From: Tagaea sp.
GTDB taxonomy: Bacteria > Pseudomonadota > Alphaproteobacteria > CACIAM-22H2
Assembly (NCBI GenBank): GCA_965279525.1
Contig: CBDIIB010000005.1
Coordinates: forward strand, 352,001 to 416,000
Reading direction: 5' to 3'
DNA: 64,000 nt
Part shown: positions 50,586 to 60,890 of the stretch, piece by piece
Layout: every line of letters starts with the position of its first letter
How positions within the stretch are numbered: the stretch's first letter is position 1
Translations under genes and position numbers: made by a program
The notes under the pieces: model-generated
Seen by the model: the letters and a program-made list of their open reading frames with translations, nothing else
What the model was told of the DNA's origin: nothing
Database searches by the model: none

Positions 50586-51314
50586 TCAGGCAACGAGAAC
50601 GACTCCCGAAGCCAGCAGCAATCCCAAGACGATACGCCGGAACGTCGCGTCGTCGACGCGCGCATAGAGCCGGAGGCCGATCCACACGCCCAGCGCCACG
50701 GCCGGCAGGCACCACAGGAAATCCGAAACCGCCTGCGGGCCGATCCCGCCGTCGAAATAAAGATAGACGAGCGCCACGGCCTGCATGACGAAGATGTAAG
50801 GCTGGTAGACGCCGCGCTGCTCGTTTTTCGACCAGCCGCGCAGGCCGGTCCACGGCGTGGGGATCGCCCCCGACAGGCCGCCGAGCCCGCCCAGCACCCC
50901 GCCGACGAAGCCGACCGCCCCGTCGAGCGGTGCCCCGCCGAAACGGATCGGCCGCGGCACCCCGCGCGCCAGCATGTAGATGGCATAGACGACGAGGAAG
51001 ACGCCGATCGCGCGCTTCAGCGGCTCGGGCGACACGCTCTGCAGCAGCAGCACGCCGAGCGGGATGCCGATCACGCCACCGATCAGGAACGGGGCGAGCC
51101 GACGCCAGTCGATCGCGTCGCGCACGCCGAGAATCGAGAAGGTCTGCGCCAGCAGGCTCGCCGCCAGCACCAGGGGGGTGGCATCAACCGGCAGGCGCAG
51201 ATGCAGATAGACCGCCGACGCGATCAGCGCGAAGGCGAACCCCGCCAGCCCCGACGCGATGGCCGCCACGAAAGACGCGAGCATCAGCCAGACTTCGCTC
51301 GGCACTTCGTTCAT
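50586..51314 (-). CDS. TauE/SafE-family sulfite exporter
   Basis: Hydrophobic protein with SG.AGFAFAL and GG.LGG..GL.G motifs. ATGA overlap with the sdhC-like gene. Confidence 0.85.
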   Translation of the reverse strand: MNEVPSEVWLMLASFVAAIASGLAGFAFALIASAVYLHLRLPVDATPLVLAASLLAQTFSILGVRDAIDWRRLAPFLIGGVIGIPLGVLLLQSVSPEPLKRAIGVFLVVYAIYMLARGVPRPIRFGGAPLDGAVGFVGGVLGGLGGLSGAIPTPWTGLRGWSKNEQRGVYQPYIFVMQAVALVYLYFDGGIGPQAVSDFLWCLPAVALGVWIGLRLYARVDDATFRRIVLGLLLASGVVLVA

Positions 51315-51673
51315 GCCGCCATCACGTTGAACGCGAACAGCAACCCCGCCGCGATCGCGAAACCGGCACTGGCGGCGACGGCCGTCTTCTGCCGGTCGCT
51401 CCACGGCAGGAACTCGACCGCCAGCAGACGCACGCCGCCGGCCATGTGCGCGGCGAGCAGCACGACGAGACCGGTCTCGGCGAACTTGACCAATGCGTTG
51501 TCGGTCCAGCGCAGCATGCCGTCCAGTGCGGCCTCGCCGCCGATGGCCGTACCCAGCGCCCAGAAATGCAGCGGCACGAAAAGCGTCAGCGCCAGCCCGG
51601 ACAACCGGTGCACGGCAAACGCCCACCACGCGGGGTGCTTGCGGTGCCGAAAAGAGGGGGGCGGCCGGTTCAT
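51311..51673 (-). CDS. Succinate dehydrogenase cytochrome b subunit-like membrane anchor
   Basis: HRLSG, H..GGVR and three TM segments. Confidence 0.85.
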   Translation of the reverse strand: MNRPPPSFRHRKHPAWWAFAVHRLSGLALTLFVPLHFWALGTAIGGEAALDGMLRWTDNALVKFAETGLVVLLAAHMAGGVRLLAVEFLPWSDRQKTAVAASAGFAIAAGLLFAFNVMAA

Positions 51674-52014
51674 GCGAACAGGCCGGCGACCGCGCGCCAG
51701 CCGAACCAGACGAGGAATGCCGCGAACGTGGCGGTCGCCAGATCAAGCGCCGGGCCGCGCCAGCCGAACGTCTCGCGCAGGATGGCGCGCAGGCCGACGG
51801 GGGCATGGACCGCGACCGCGAGAACGAACAGGCCGTAGAACAACGCCAGGCCGAACGAACCGCGCGTGCGCGACAGGATCTCGGCGGCCGTCAGCCCGCC
51901 GCGCACCGCATAGAGGATCGTGGCCAGATGCACGAGCACGCACACGGCGAGCACGGCGGCACTGGCGCGTTGCGCCCCCCACAGCAGCGTTTCGGCGCGC
52001 GCGCGAAATCTCAT
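51670..52014 (-). CDS. Succinate dehydrogenase hydrophobic anchor-like subunit
   Basis: QRASA..L, HL, H..VGLR and three TM segments. ATGA overlaps. Confidence 0.83.
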   Translation of the reverse strand: MRFRARAETLLWGAQRASAAVLAVCVLVHLATILYAVRGGLTAAEILSRTRGSFGLALFYGLFVLAVAVHAPVGLRAILRETFGWRGPALDLATATFAAFLVWFGWRAVAGLFA

Positions 52015-52724
52015 GCCCCGCCCTTCCATGCCGCGCGCAGCGTGGCGCGCTTCAGCCCCGCGATCGACGCGGTGGGGTTGAGCGATTTGGGGCAGTGCTC
52101 GCGGCACGACTGGTGCGAATGGCAGGCATGGCAGCCCGCGTCGCCGGCGACCGCGTCGAGACGCTCGGCGTTGCCGGCATCGCGCACGTCGTTGACCAGC
52201 GTCCACGCGCGGTTGAGGGCGGCGGGCCCGAGATACTCGGCGTTCCACGCCACGAGATCGCAGGCCGAATAGCACACCGCACAGCCGATGCACTCGATGC
52301 CCGCGTCGGCGGCTTTTCGTTCGGCACTTGCCGGCTCGACCACCGCGAAATCCGCACCGGCGTCGGCCGAGGGCACGAACCTTCCGCCGGCCTTCGCCCA
52401 TTTGTCGAAGAACGGCGCCATGTCGGCGGCGAGATCCTTGATGCGCGGCAGGTTGCGCAGCGGCTCGACCGTCAGCGGGCCGCCTTCCAGACGCGACACG
52501 TGCGTGCGGCAGGTCCAGCGAGGCTTGCCGTTTACCGTCATCGCGCACGAGCCGCACATGCCCACGCGGCACGCGAATCGGTACGAGAGCGTCGGGTCGA
52601 GCTTGCGCTGGATATATGTGACCACGTCGAGCACGGTCTGGCTCGCGCGGCGCGGAACGGAAAAGGTCTCGAACCTTCCGTCCGCGCCGCCGCGCCAGAT
52701 CCGCGCGTCGATCGTGTCGGCCAC
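52011..52724 (-). CDS. SdhB/FrdB-like iron-sulfur subunit
   Basis: CRVGMCGSC...C, CIGCAVCYSAC and CHSHQSC..HCP. Confidence 0.92.
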   Translation of the reverse strand: MADTIDARIWRGGADGRFETFSVPRRASQTVLDVVTYIQRKLDPTLSYRFACRVGMCGSCAMTVNGKPRWTCRTHVSRLEGGPLTVEPLRNLPRIKDLAADMAPFFDKWAKAGGRFVPSADAGADFAVVEPASAERKAADAGIECIGCAVCYSACDLVAWNAEYLGPAALNRAWTLVNDVRDAGNAERLDAVAGDAGCHACHSHQSCREHCPKSLNPTASIAGLKRATLRAAWKGGA

Positions 52725-52731
52725 GAAGGGC

Positions 52732-53940
52732 CTAGGCGCTCTGGTAGAGCTTCGTCATCACGAATTCGCGATGCCCGAGGGCCTCGGCGCAGGTGTAGCG
52801 GCCGTTGCACACGCGGATCATCACGTCGATCAGACGGTCGCCCGCCTCATCGAGATCCATCTCGCGGCGCAGGATGCCGGAGACGTCGAGATCGATATGC
52901 TCGGGCATCTCGCGCGCGGTCTTCGGGTTCGCCGTGAGCTTGATGACCGGCTCGATCGGGTTGCCGATGACGTTGCCCTGCCCCGTCGGGAACAGGTGCA
53001 CGACGAAACCGGCGGCCGCCTGCAGGGTCACGCATTCGGCCGCGGCCGACGACGTGTCCATGAAGTAGAGACCTGCCCCCTTCTTGGGCATCTCGGCGGG
53101 GGCGAGCACGTCCACGTACTTCGTCTTGTGGCCGATCTTCTGGAAATTGCCGAAGGCCTTTTCCTCGATCGTCGTCAGGCCGCCCGCGATGTTGCCCTTG
53201 GTCGGCTGGGATTCCGACAGGTCGCTCGTCTTGAAGCGGTTGATCATGTCCTGGTAGGCGTTGAAGATCGTCATGAACTTGTCGGCGGTCTTCTTGTCGA
53301 CCGCGCGCTTGACCATCTCCTTCTCGGCCCCGGTCAGCTCCGAGGTCTCGCCAAAGCACGTGGTGGCACCCAGCGGATCGACCTTGTCGATGAGGTTGCC
53401 GACCGTCGGGCACGAGGCGAGGCCCGACGTGGTGTCGGACTCGCCGCACTTGGTCGAGACCCACAGCTCCTCGATCGTGCACTGCTCGCGCTGCTTCTCG
53501 GTCGCCCACATGACGAACTGCTGCGCCACGCGGCTGGCGGCCTCGATCGTGCGCAGGTCGCCGTTGCCTTCGATGGCGAAGCCCTGCACGGGCTTGCCGG
53601 TCTTGGCGATGCCTTCGACCACGCGGCCCGTCCAGCCCGGCTCGATGCCGATGACGACGACGGCCGCGACGTTGGCGTTGCAGCCGGTGCCGATCAGCGT
53701 GCGGAAGTGGAGTGCGAGATCCTCGCCGAACTGCAGGCGCCCGTAGGCGTGCGGCAGCGCCATCGTGCCCTTGATGTTGTTGGCGACGGCTTCGGCCGCC
53801 GCGTTCGACAGGTCGTCGAGCGGCAGGATGATGACGTGGTTGCGGATGCCGACACGCCCGTTTTCGCGGCGATAGCCCATGAAGGGCAGCTTGCCGGTGT
53901 TCTTCGAGCGCTTCTTGATGATCGCGGGGGCCTTGGCCAT
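52732..53940 (-). CDS. suyB: (2R)-sulfolactate sulfo-lyase beta subunit (UxaA family)
   Basis: [44 protein letters not shown] and FPTGQG. Split UxaA architecture. Confidence 0.82.
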   Translation of the reverse strand: MAKAPAIIKKRSKNTGKLPFMGYRRENGRVGIRNHVIILPLDDLSNAAAEAVANNIKGTMALPHAYGRLQFGEDLALHFRTLIGTGCNANVAAVVVIGIEPGWTGRVVEGIAKTGKPVQGFAIEGNGDLRTIEAASRVAQQFVMWATEKQREQCTIEELWVSTKCGESDTTSGLASCPTVGNLIDKVDPLGATTCFGETSELTGAEKEMVKRAVDKKTADKFMTIFNAYQDMINRFKTSDLSESQPTKGNIAGGLTTIEEKAFGNFQKIGHKTKYVDVLAPAEMPKKGAGLYFMDTSSAAAECVTLQAAAGFVVHLFPTGQGNVIGNPIEPVIKLTANPKTAREMPEHIDLDVSGILRREMDLDEAGDRLIDVMIRVCNGRYTCAEALGHREFVMTKLYQSA

Positions 53941-53953
53941 GTCGATCTCTCCC

Positions 53954-54238
53954 TTACCAGCGCTTGGTTTTCATGTTGTGGATATGGACGTGGTCGCCCT
54001 TCTTGGTATCCGCGACGACCTTGCCGATGTCGTGCCCGTACTTGATCACGGTGTCGCCCTTCTTGAGGTCGACCATCGCGATCTTGTGGCCGAGCGGAAT
54101 GGCCTTGAGCGCCTTCACGCGCACGGTCCCGTCGCCTTCCATGAGCCAGCCTTCGAGGGCGGCACCCGGCTTGACGGTTTCGACGACGATGACACCGACG
54201 GTGTCCTTCTTGTCGTGGACGATGAATTGGGTCGCCAT
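53954..54238 (-). CDS. suyA: (2R)-sulfolactate sulfo-lyase alpha subunit (SAF domain)
   Basis: [21 protein letters not shown] and HVH.HN.KTKRW. Confidence 0.82.
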   Translation of the reverse strand: MATQFIVHDKKDTVGVIVVETVKPGAALEGWLMEGDGTVRVKALKAIPLGHKIAMVDLKKGDTVIKYGHDIGKVVADTKKGDHVHIHNMKTKRW

Positions 54239-54312
54239 TTCCCCCTCGCGGTTTTTATGGGTTGTCGGATGGTCGCGAACGCTACGCCCGGCTTGCGCGA
54301 CCCGTCAACCGG

Positions 54313-54326
54313 GTCTTATATAAGAC
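54313..54326. promoter_or_regulatory. GntR/HutC-type operator palindrome
   Basis: Perfect 14-bp palindrome GTCTTATATAAGAC between the divergent suyA and gntR genes. Confidence 0.78.
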
Positions 54327-54334
54327 TCGAGATC

Positions 54335-55048
54335 ATGGAAACGCGCCCGCTCTACCGCCAGATCAAGGAAGCGCTGATGCGCCGTCTCGTCGACGGGCGC
54401 TGGCGTGCGGGCGAGCTGATCCCGTCCGAGCATGCGCTCGCATCCGAGCTTGGCGTGAGCCAGGGCACGGTGCGCCGGTCGCTCGACGAGCTGGCCCGCG
54501 CCAACCTCGTCGTGCGCCGGCAGGGCAAGGGCACGTTCGTGGCCGAGCACACGCGCGAGCGCGCCCTGTTCCACTTCTTCCATCTGGTCGGCGACGACGG
54601 CAAGCGGGCTTTGCCCGGCAGCCGCGTGCTGGCCGTCAAGGCGGGGCCGGCCTCGCGCGAGGAAGCGCGCCGGCTCGAACTTGCCGCCGGCGCGAAAGTG
54701 GTGCGGCTCCATCGCCTGCGCATGCTCGACGGGCGTGCCGCGATCGTCGAGCGCATCGTGCTGCCGGCCACCCTTTATGACGGGATCGAACGGCTCGACC
54801 GCGCGGGCCTGCCCAACGAGCTCTACAAGCTCTACCAGGACCGCTACGGCGTGTCGGTCGCGCGCGCGGCCGAAAAACTGAAGGCCGCCCCGGCGGGGCC
54901 GGAAGATGCCGCACATCTGGGCCTGCGCAGCGGGGCGGCCGTGCTGGAGATCGACCGGATCGCCTACGCGCTCGACGGCAGGCCCTGCGAATGGCGGGTA
55001 TCCCGCTGCGATACGGCCGCCCACCACTACGTTTCCGAAGTGGTCTAG
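54335..55048 (+). CDS. GntR-family regulator, HutC subfamily (UTRA domain)
   Basis: PLY.QIK, IPSE..LA...GVSQGTVR, RRQGKGTFV and a C-terminal UTRA domain. Confidence 0.93.
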   Translation: METRPLYRQIKEALMRRLVDGRWRAGELIPSEHALASELGVSQGTVRRSLDELARANLVVRRQGKGTFVAEHTRERALFHFFHLVGDDGKRALPGSRVLAVKAGPASREEARRLELAAGAKVVRLHRLRMLDGRAAIVERIVLPATLYDGIERLDRAGLPNELYKLYQDRYGVSVARAAEKLKAAPAGPEDAAHLGLRSGAAVLEIDRIAYALDGRPCEWRVSRCDTAAHHYVSEVV

Positions 55049-55058
55049 AATCCCGGCC

Positions 55059-56192
55059 ATGGCGAGTCCCGAGGAAATCCGCAACGGCCTGCGCGAACTG
55101 GATTTCGCGCTCCACGCCGCGTGGAAGCTCGGCCAGCACATGGTCGCGGGCTGGATGCACGAGGCCAACGTGGTGGCGATCTGCGCCGCCCCGGTGTGGC
55201 GCGTGCTGGCCGAAGCGCCCAACGTGCCGCGCATCCTGTCGGGCGGCCGGCACATGGGGGCATCGACCTTCGGAGAGGTGTGCAAGGCGCTGCAGGCGCG
55301 GCCCATCCGCGTCGACCTGCCCTTCACGGTGGGCGAGAACAAGGGCGAGATCGACCCGCAGGTGATCGACCAGGTCGTGCGCCGCTACGGCGTGTCGCGC
55401 TCGGAACACCGCGCCGTCATGCTGTTCGACATCGTCGGTTTCTCGAAGGTCGATCCGCTGGCGCAGATGGCCCAACTTGCCTCGCTCGAATTCTCGATCA
55501 ACAACGCGGCCAAGAAGCTTTCGGAAGCCGGGCTCGACGTGGAACTGGCGCGCTCGACGGTCGGCGACGGGTTCTATGTGTGGAACCGCGCGCGCGGCTT
55601 CGAGGCGGACCTTCGCACCTATGCCGCGATGGTGCTGATCCTGGCCGACAACGCGGTCGCGCGCACGCGCGGCGAGGCGCGCTTCGTGCCGGTGATGCGC
55701 ACGTGCTTCTCGATCGGCAGCCACTACGCCTACCACCAGATCGAAGGCACGCGGCCACGCGGCTTCGAATATCTCGTGGGCGAGGTGACGATCCAGCTCG
55801 CGCGCCTGATCGGCAAGGCCCTCGCCAACCAGGTCTGCATCGGCAGCTTCGTGCGGCCGACCGAGCCGCCGGTCGTGCGCAACCTCGACACGATCCTGTT
55901 CCTGGCGCGCGCCGAAAAGCTGCTCGAGAAGCTGCAGGGCCTGTCGATCGGCGGCTACGCGATTTCCCGCGTGCGCAGCCAGGTCACCGGCGGCAAAGTC
56001 GGCGAGGCGACGCTGCCGGTGGTCATGCACCGCATCGTCGACAAGCACGGCTACAACCACGACCTGTTCAACGCGCGCGTGCTGGTCCAGCGCGACGAGA
56101 CCGACCCGATCGTCGTGGGATTGAAGCCCGAGGATCTGGGCGAGTTCGAGGCGGCGGCATTGCCTTACAGGCTGCCCGATCCGGCGGCCTGA
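55059..56192 (+). CDS. Divergent class III nucleotidyl-cyclase-like protein
   Basis: AVMLFDIVGFS and STVGDGFYV metal-binding motifs. ATG at 55059. Confidence 0.65.
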   Translation: MASPEEIRNGLRELDFALHAAWKLGQHMVAGWMHEANVVAICAAPVWRVLAEAPNVPRILSGGRHMGASTFGEVCKALQARPIRVDLPFTVGENKGEIDPQVIDQVVRRYGVSRSEHRAVMLFDIVGFSKVDPLAQMAQLASLEFSINNAAKKLSEAGLDVELARSTVGDGFYVWNRARGFEADLRTYAAMVLILADNAVARTRGEARFVPVMRTCFSIGSHYAYHQIEGTRPRGFEYLVGEVTIQLARLIGKALANQVCIGSFVRPTEPPVVRNLDTILFLARAEKLLEKLQGLSIGGYAISRVRSQVTGGKVGEATLPVVMHRIVDKHGYNHDLFNARVLVQRDETDPIVVGLKPEDLGEFEAAALPYRLPDPAA

Positions 56193-57634
56193 CCGGGGGG
56201 TGCTTGCGAGTCGGCGAAGGCGATGCGGACTTTCAGGCCGCACCCCGAATCGCCGTCGGAAAGCGTCAATGTCGCGCCGTGCGACCGGCAAATGTCCGCG
56301 ACGATCGCCAGTCCCAGTCCCGAGCCGTGGCGGTCACCCTCACCGCGCGTGGGTATCCGGTAAAATGGTTCGAGGACCCGCTCGCGTTCGGCTGGCGGAA
56401 TTCCCGATCCGCTGTCCACGATCTCGATCGCGGCAGCCGGATCATGCAGGATCCGCACGACGACGGACCCGCCCGCCGGCGTGTACCGGATCGCGTTGTC
56501 GACCAGATTGACGATGGCCTCGTGCACGAGGACGGCATTGCCCTGCACGCTCCGCTCGCGGGCCGCCTGGACGTCGAGGGTCATCGCAATCCGCTTCTTC
56601 ACGGCGGCCGGCGCGAGTTCGAGGCAGACCTGCCGCGCGATGTCCTCGAGCCGGATCGCGGAAAGCTCGCCGATCGCGCCGACCTGTTCGACACGGGCCA
56701 GGCTGAGAAGCTGGTTGGACAGCCGGACCGCCTGGTCGGTCGTGGCGCCCAGGGCGCGCAGGATGTCCCGCACCGATGCCGGGTCGTCGGCGCGCAGTGC
56801 CAGCTCCGAATTGGTCTTCAGCAGCGTCAGTGGCGTGCGCAGCTGATGCGACGCATCGGCGATGAATCGCCGCTGCCGGTCGATCAGCCGCCGCGAGACG
56901 GCCATATAGTGGTTGATCGCGTCGATGAGCGGACGCACCTCCTTGTGGACGATGTTCGGATCGATCTGCGCCAGCTCCGTCGGCTCCCTGCGTTCGACCT
57001 CTTGGCGCAGCCGGACCAGCGGACCGAGTGCAAGCCGCAAGGCGAACAGCGCGAGCAGCGCCTGGACGACGACGAGGAGCGTCAAGCGCCAGAGCGAGTC
57101 CGTCAGGATGTCGCGCGTCAGCAGATTGCGGGCGTCGAGTGTCTCGCCGACCTGGATGAGCGCCATGCCGCGCACGGTGCCGTCATAGATCGGCTGATGG
57201 AGTGCCGCGACCCGCAGCGCGTGCCCGTCGTAGGTCTCGTCGTAGAAATGCACGAGTGCGGGATACGCGTCCGATCTCGGCGTTCCGGCCGGCACCGGCG
57301 GCAGGTCGCCGTAACCGGAAATGAACTCGCCCGCGATCCCCGTGATCTTGTAGTAGAGGCGCCCCGGCGAATCGGACTCGAATATGTCGAGCGCCACGTA
57401 CGGCACGTCGACGACGACGCGCCCGTCGAGCATCTGGACCCGTTCGGAGATCGCCCGAGCCGTCGCAAGCAGCGTCCTGTCGTAGGCGAAGTTGACCGCG
57501 GCGTGGACGTTTCCGTAGATCACGATCGAATTCACGACGATCAGTCCGGCCAGCGGCACAAGCAGCCATCGCATCAGCTGTCCGCGCAGGCTGCCGAGCG
57601 GACGGCGTGGCCCCGTCGCCTTGACGTCAGGCAT
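56165..57634 (-). CDS. tctE: Sensor histidine kinase TctE
   Basis: AYDRTLL, VP..ALD.FE, DASHQLRTPL, NLVDNA and G.GLGL. Confidence 0.88.
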   Translation of the reverse strand: MPDVKATGPRRPLGSLRGQLMRWLLVPLAGLIVVNSIVIYGNVHAAVNFAYDRTLLATARAISERVQMLDGRVVVDVPYVALDIFESDSPGRLYYKITGIAGEFISGYGDLPPVPAGTPRSDAYPALVHFYDETYDGHALRVAALHQPIYDGTVRGMALIQVGETLDARNLLTRDILTDSLWRLTLLVVVQALLALFALRLALGPLVRLRQEVERREPTELAQIDPNIVHKEVRPLIDAINHYMAVSRRLIDRQRRFIADASHQLRTPLTLLKTNSELALRADDPASVRDILRALGATTDQAVRLSNQLLSLARVEQVGAIGELSAIRLEDIARQVCLELAPAAVKKRIAMTLDVQAARERSVQGNAVLVHEAIVNLVDNAIRYTPAGGSVVVRILHDPAAAIEIVDSGSGIPPAERERVLEPFYRIPTRGEGDRHGSGLGLAIVADICRSHGATLTLSDGDSGCGLKVRIAFADSQAPPGQAAGSGSL

Positions 57635-58298
57635 CCGCGATCTCCAGCAGGTAGCCGATGCCCCGCAGGGTGACGATCTTGACGCCGCTGCCTTCAAGCT
57701 TCCGGCGGATGCGGTGGACATAGATCTCGATCGCATCCGGACTGGCGTCCGCATCCGATACGAAAATGCTTTCGAACAGGCGGTCCTTGCTGACCGCCTT
57801 GCCGGGGCGCGCGATCAGGAGCTCGAGCACCGCGCGTTCGCGCGGTGTAAAGACGAGCGGAACGCCCGCGCACGAGAAGGTGCGCTCGACGCTGTCGAAG
57901 ACCAGGTTTCCGCACGCGATCAGGGCGGTGCCGTGGCCGTGGCTGCGCCTCAGAAGGGCCTTGGCCCGGGCTTCAAGCTCGGTGAGTTCGAAGGGCTTGG
58001 CGAGATAGTCGTCGGCGCCGAGATTCAGCCCCTGCACCCGGTCCGTGACCGACCCCCGCGCCGTAAGCACGAGGACGGGCGTGTCGCCGCCACGCGCGCG
58101 CAGCCGCTTCAGCACTTCCAGCCCGTCGAGGTCCGGCAGGGTCAGATCGAGTATCGCGAGCGCGTAGCTCTGGTCCCGGAGAAGCGCGTCGGCGTCGAGG
58201 CCATTGTCGGCGCACTCCACGGTAAAGCCGGCGTCGCGAAGCGCTCTCGCGAGCGAACGGGCCAGATCGCCATGGTCTTCCACGAGCAGAATTCGCAT
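57627..58298 (-). CDS. tctD: Response regulator TctD (OmpR family)
   Basis: MRILLVED, LDL.LP, GADDYL.KPF and IEIYVHR.R.KL. Confidence 0.88.
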   Translation of the reverse strand: MRILLVEDHGDLARSLARALRDAGFTVECADNGLDADALLRDQSYALAILDLTLPDLDGLEVLKRLRARGGDTPVLVLTARGSVTDRVQGLNLGADDYLAKPFELTELEARAKALLRRSHGHGTALIACGNLVFDSVERTFSCAGVPLVFTPRERAVLELLIARPGKAVSKDRLFESIFVSDADASPDAIEIYVHRIRRKLEGSGVKIVTLRGIGYLLEIADA

Positions 58299-58390
58299 CG
58301 ATCTTACCCGCGCGCCAGGACGGACACGGTGATAGAGTTATCGCGGCGCCGACCAAGCCTCAAGATTCGTTTCAAAAATGGAGCATCCGG

Positions 58391-59353
58391 GTGGTTAGCC
58401 GACTGATCTGGGCCTTCGTTTGTGCCGTCGTGGCGGCGATCGCCCTTCCGGCGATCGCCCGCGCGGCGGGGCCCGAATGCATAGCGCCTGCCCGGCAGGG
58501 TGGCGGATTCGACCTGACCTGCCGGCTTGCGCAAGCGGGACTTGGCGAAGACGTCGGCTTGCGCGTCACCTACATGCCCGGCGGCGTAGGTGCTGTCGCG
58601 TACAACATGGTCGTCGCGCAGCGAACCGCCGAGCGCGACACGATCGTCGCATTTTCCGGCGGCTCTCTCCTCAATCTCGCCCAAGGCAAGTTCGGCAAGT
58701 TCTCCGGCCGCGAAGTCAGATGGATAGCGGCGATCGGTGCCGACTACGGGATGGTCGCGGTCCGCGCCGACGCGCCCTACCGGAGCCTTCAGGACCTGAT
58801 CGGTGCCGTCAAGAAGTCGCCGAGGAAACGCGTGTTCGGCGGCGGCGGCACAGTCGGCAGCCAGGACTGGATGAAGGCGGCCGCACTCCTGCGCATGGCG
58901 AATGTCGACCACAGGGCGTTTCCCTACGTCTCGTTCGAAGGCGGCGGCGAGGCATCGACGGCACTGCTGAGCGGACACGTGCAGGTATACACAGGCGACG
59001 TCTCGGAAGTCGGCCAGCTCTGGCGCGAGGGCCGGATCCGCATCCTCGCGGTCCTTTCCGACACGCGTCTTGCCGGCGAAATGGCGTCGATACCGACGGC
59101 CCGTGAGCAGGGCTATCCGCTTGCGTGGCCGACCGTGCGGGGGTTCTACATGGGGCCCAATGTCGATCCGGGGGACTACGAGCGTTGGGTCGGACGGTTC
59201 AGGGAAATGCTCGCAAGCGAGAAATTCCGCGACGCCCGGCTTGCCAGCGCTCTCCTCCCGTTCGACAGGACCAGCGACGATCTTGCTCAGTATGTCGAAC
59301 GCTCGATCGCCGAGTACCGCGAGCTCGCGCGGACATTCGGACTGGCTAACTGA
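58391..59353 (+). CDS. tctC: Tripartite tricarboxylate transporter binding protein (TctC/Bug), stand-alone paralogue
   Basis: ECIAPA..GGGFDLTC, YMPGGVGAVAY, GSQDWMK and FEGGGE. Confidence 0.88.
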   Translation: MVSRLIWAFVCAVVAAIALPAIARAAGPECIAPARQGGGFDLTCRLAQAGLGEDVGLRVTYMPGGVGAVAYNMVVAQRTAERDTIVAFSGGSLLNLAQGKFGKFSGREVRWIAAIGADYGMVAVRADAPYRSLQDLIGAVKKSPRKRVFGGGGTVGSQDWMKAAALLRMANVDHRAFPYVSFEGGGEASTALLSGHVQVYTGDVSEVGQLWREGRIRILAVLSDTRLAGEMASIPTAREQGYPLAWPTVRGFYMGPNVDPGDYERWVGRFREMLASEKFRDARLASALLPFDRTSDDLAQYVERSIAEYRELARTFGLAN

Positions 59354-59381
59354 CCGGCGCACGAAGGGGCCAACGACGTCC

Positions 59382-60887
59382 CTAACCCACGCGATCGCGT
59401 CGCTCGCTGCGCGCACGCCACCGGTTCACTAGCGCCGGTGCGAACACGATCACCACCGCGCAGCACCAGAGGACCTGGGAAATGCTGCTCTCGACGAGGA
59501 TCGAAAGTTCGCCGCCGCTGATCGCCAGCGCGTTGCGCAGGTTCTTCTCCGCGACGTCGCCGAGAACGAAGCCGAGGACGATGGGAGCCAGGTCGAACTC
59601 CAGCTTCCGGGCGAGATACCCGAACACGCCGACCCCGAGCATCAGGACGATCGAGAATACGCTCGAATAGGCGCTGTAGACGCCGAGGAACGACAGCACG
59701 AGGATGCCCGGCAGCAGGACCCAGTTGGGGACGGTCAGCATGCGCACGAACAGGCCGATCATCGGCAGGTTCATCAGCAGCAGGATCACGTTGCCGATAT
59801 ACATCGACGCGATGAGTCCGCCCGCCAGTTCGGGTCTGTCGGTGAAGAGCTGCGGCCCGGGCATGATGTTATAGAGCATCAGGGCGCCCAGCATCACCGC
59901 GGTGGTCCCGCTGCCGGGTACGCCCAGCGTGAGCATCGGGACGAACGCGCCGCCGGCGGCCGCGTTGTTCGCGGCCTCGGGGGCGGCAAGCCCGCGTACG
60001 TCGCCCTTGCCGAACGTGCCACGGTCGAGCAGCCGCTTTTCGGTCGTGTAGGAGATCGCGCTGGCGACCGACGCGCCGGTCCCGGGCAACACGCCGACGA
60101 CGAAGCCGATCCCGGTCGAGCGCAGGGTCGGCCAGATGCAGGCGCGCAGGTCTGCCCAGCTTGGAAAGCCCTTCCCGACCTTGACCGGCTTCAGGCGGCC
60201 GTGGAATTCCTTCTCGAGCATCAGCAGGACCTCGCTGATCGAGAACAGGCCGATCACCAGGATGATGAACTCGATCCCGTCGTAGAGTTCCGGCTCGTCG
60301 AACGTGAAGCGGTAGGCACCGGAGGTCGGATCGAGCCCGATCGTGGCGAGCATGAGGCCGATCGTGCAGCCGATCATCGTCTTGACCGGCTCGGCACCGA
60401 CCATCGAGCTCAACGTCGCGAACGCGAACACCATCAGCACGAAGTACTCGGCCGGTCCGAAGCCGATCGCGAGTTTTCCGAGCAGCGGCGCGAAGAGCGT
60501 CAACCCGACGACCGCGAGCATTCCGCCGACGAACGAACTGATGGCGCTTATCGCCAGCGCCTCCGCGGCACGCCCCTGCCGCGCCATCGGATAGCCGTCG
60601 AGTGCCGTCATCACGGCACCGGCATCGCCGGGTACGTTCAGCAGGATCGATGATATCCGACCGCCGTATTCGGCGCCGTAATAGATGCCGGCGAGAAGAA
60701 TCATCGTGCTCTCGGCCGGCACGCCGAGGGTGTAGAGAAGCGGCAGCAGCAGCGCGATTCCGTTGATCGGCCCGATCGCGGGCAGAGCGCCGACGATCGT
60801 GCCGAGGAAGCAGCCGGCAAGCCCGTAGAGCAGATTCTGCCACTGGAGGGCGACGCCGAATCCGGTCCAGAGATAGTCGAGCGACAT
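59382..60887 (-). CDS. tctA: Tripartite tricarboxylate transporter large membrane subunit
   Basis: [27 protein letters not shown] and LTLGVPG. Confidence 0.93.
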   Translation of the reverse strand: MSLDYLWTGFGVALQWQNLLYGLAGCFLGTIVGALPAIGPINGIALLLPLLYTLGVPAESTMILLAGIYYGAEYGGRISSILLNVPGDAGAVMTALDGYPMARQGRAAEALAISAISSFVGGMLAVVGLTLFAPLLGKLAIGFGPAEYFVLMVFAFATLSSMVGAEPVKTMIGCTIGLMLATIGLDPTSGAYRFTFDEPELYDGIEFIILVIGLFSISEVLLMLEKEFHGRLKPVKVGKGFPSWADLRACIWPTLRSTGIGFVVGVLPGTGASVASAISYTTEKRLLDRGTFGKGDVRGLAAPEAANNAAAGGAFVPMLTLGVPGSGTTAVMLGALMLYNIMPGPQLFTDRPELAGGLIASMYIGNVILLLMNLPMIGLFVRMLTVPNWVLLPGILVLSFLGVYSAYSSVFSIVLMLGVGVFGYLARKLEFDLAPIVLGFVLGDVAEKNLRNALAISGGELSILVESSISQVLWCCAVVIVFAPALVNRWRARSERRDRVG

Positions 60888-60890
60888 CGT

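Noticed and set aside
43445-52724. Housekeeping sdhCDAB and fumarase
   Set aside because: Gene order is split, the covalent-FAD His is absent, and the context is sulfonate catabolism rather than TCA genes, so no sdh/fum symbols were assigned.
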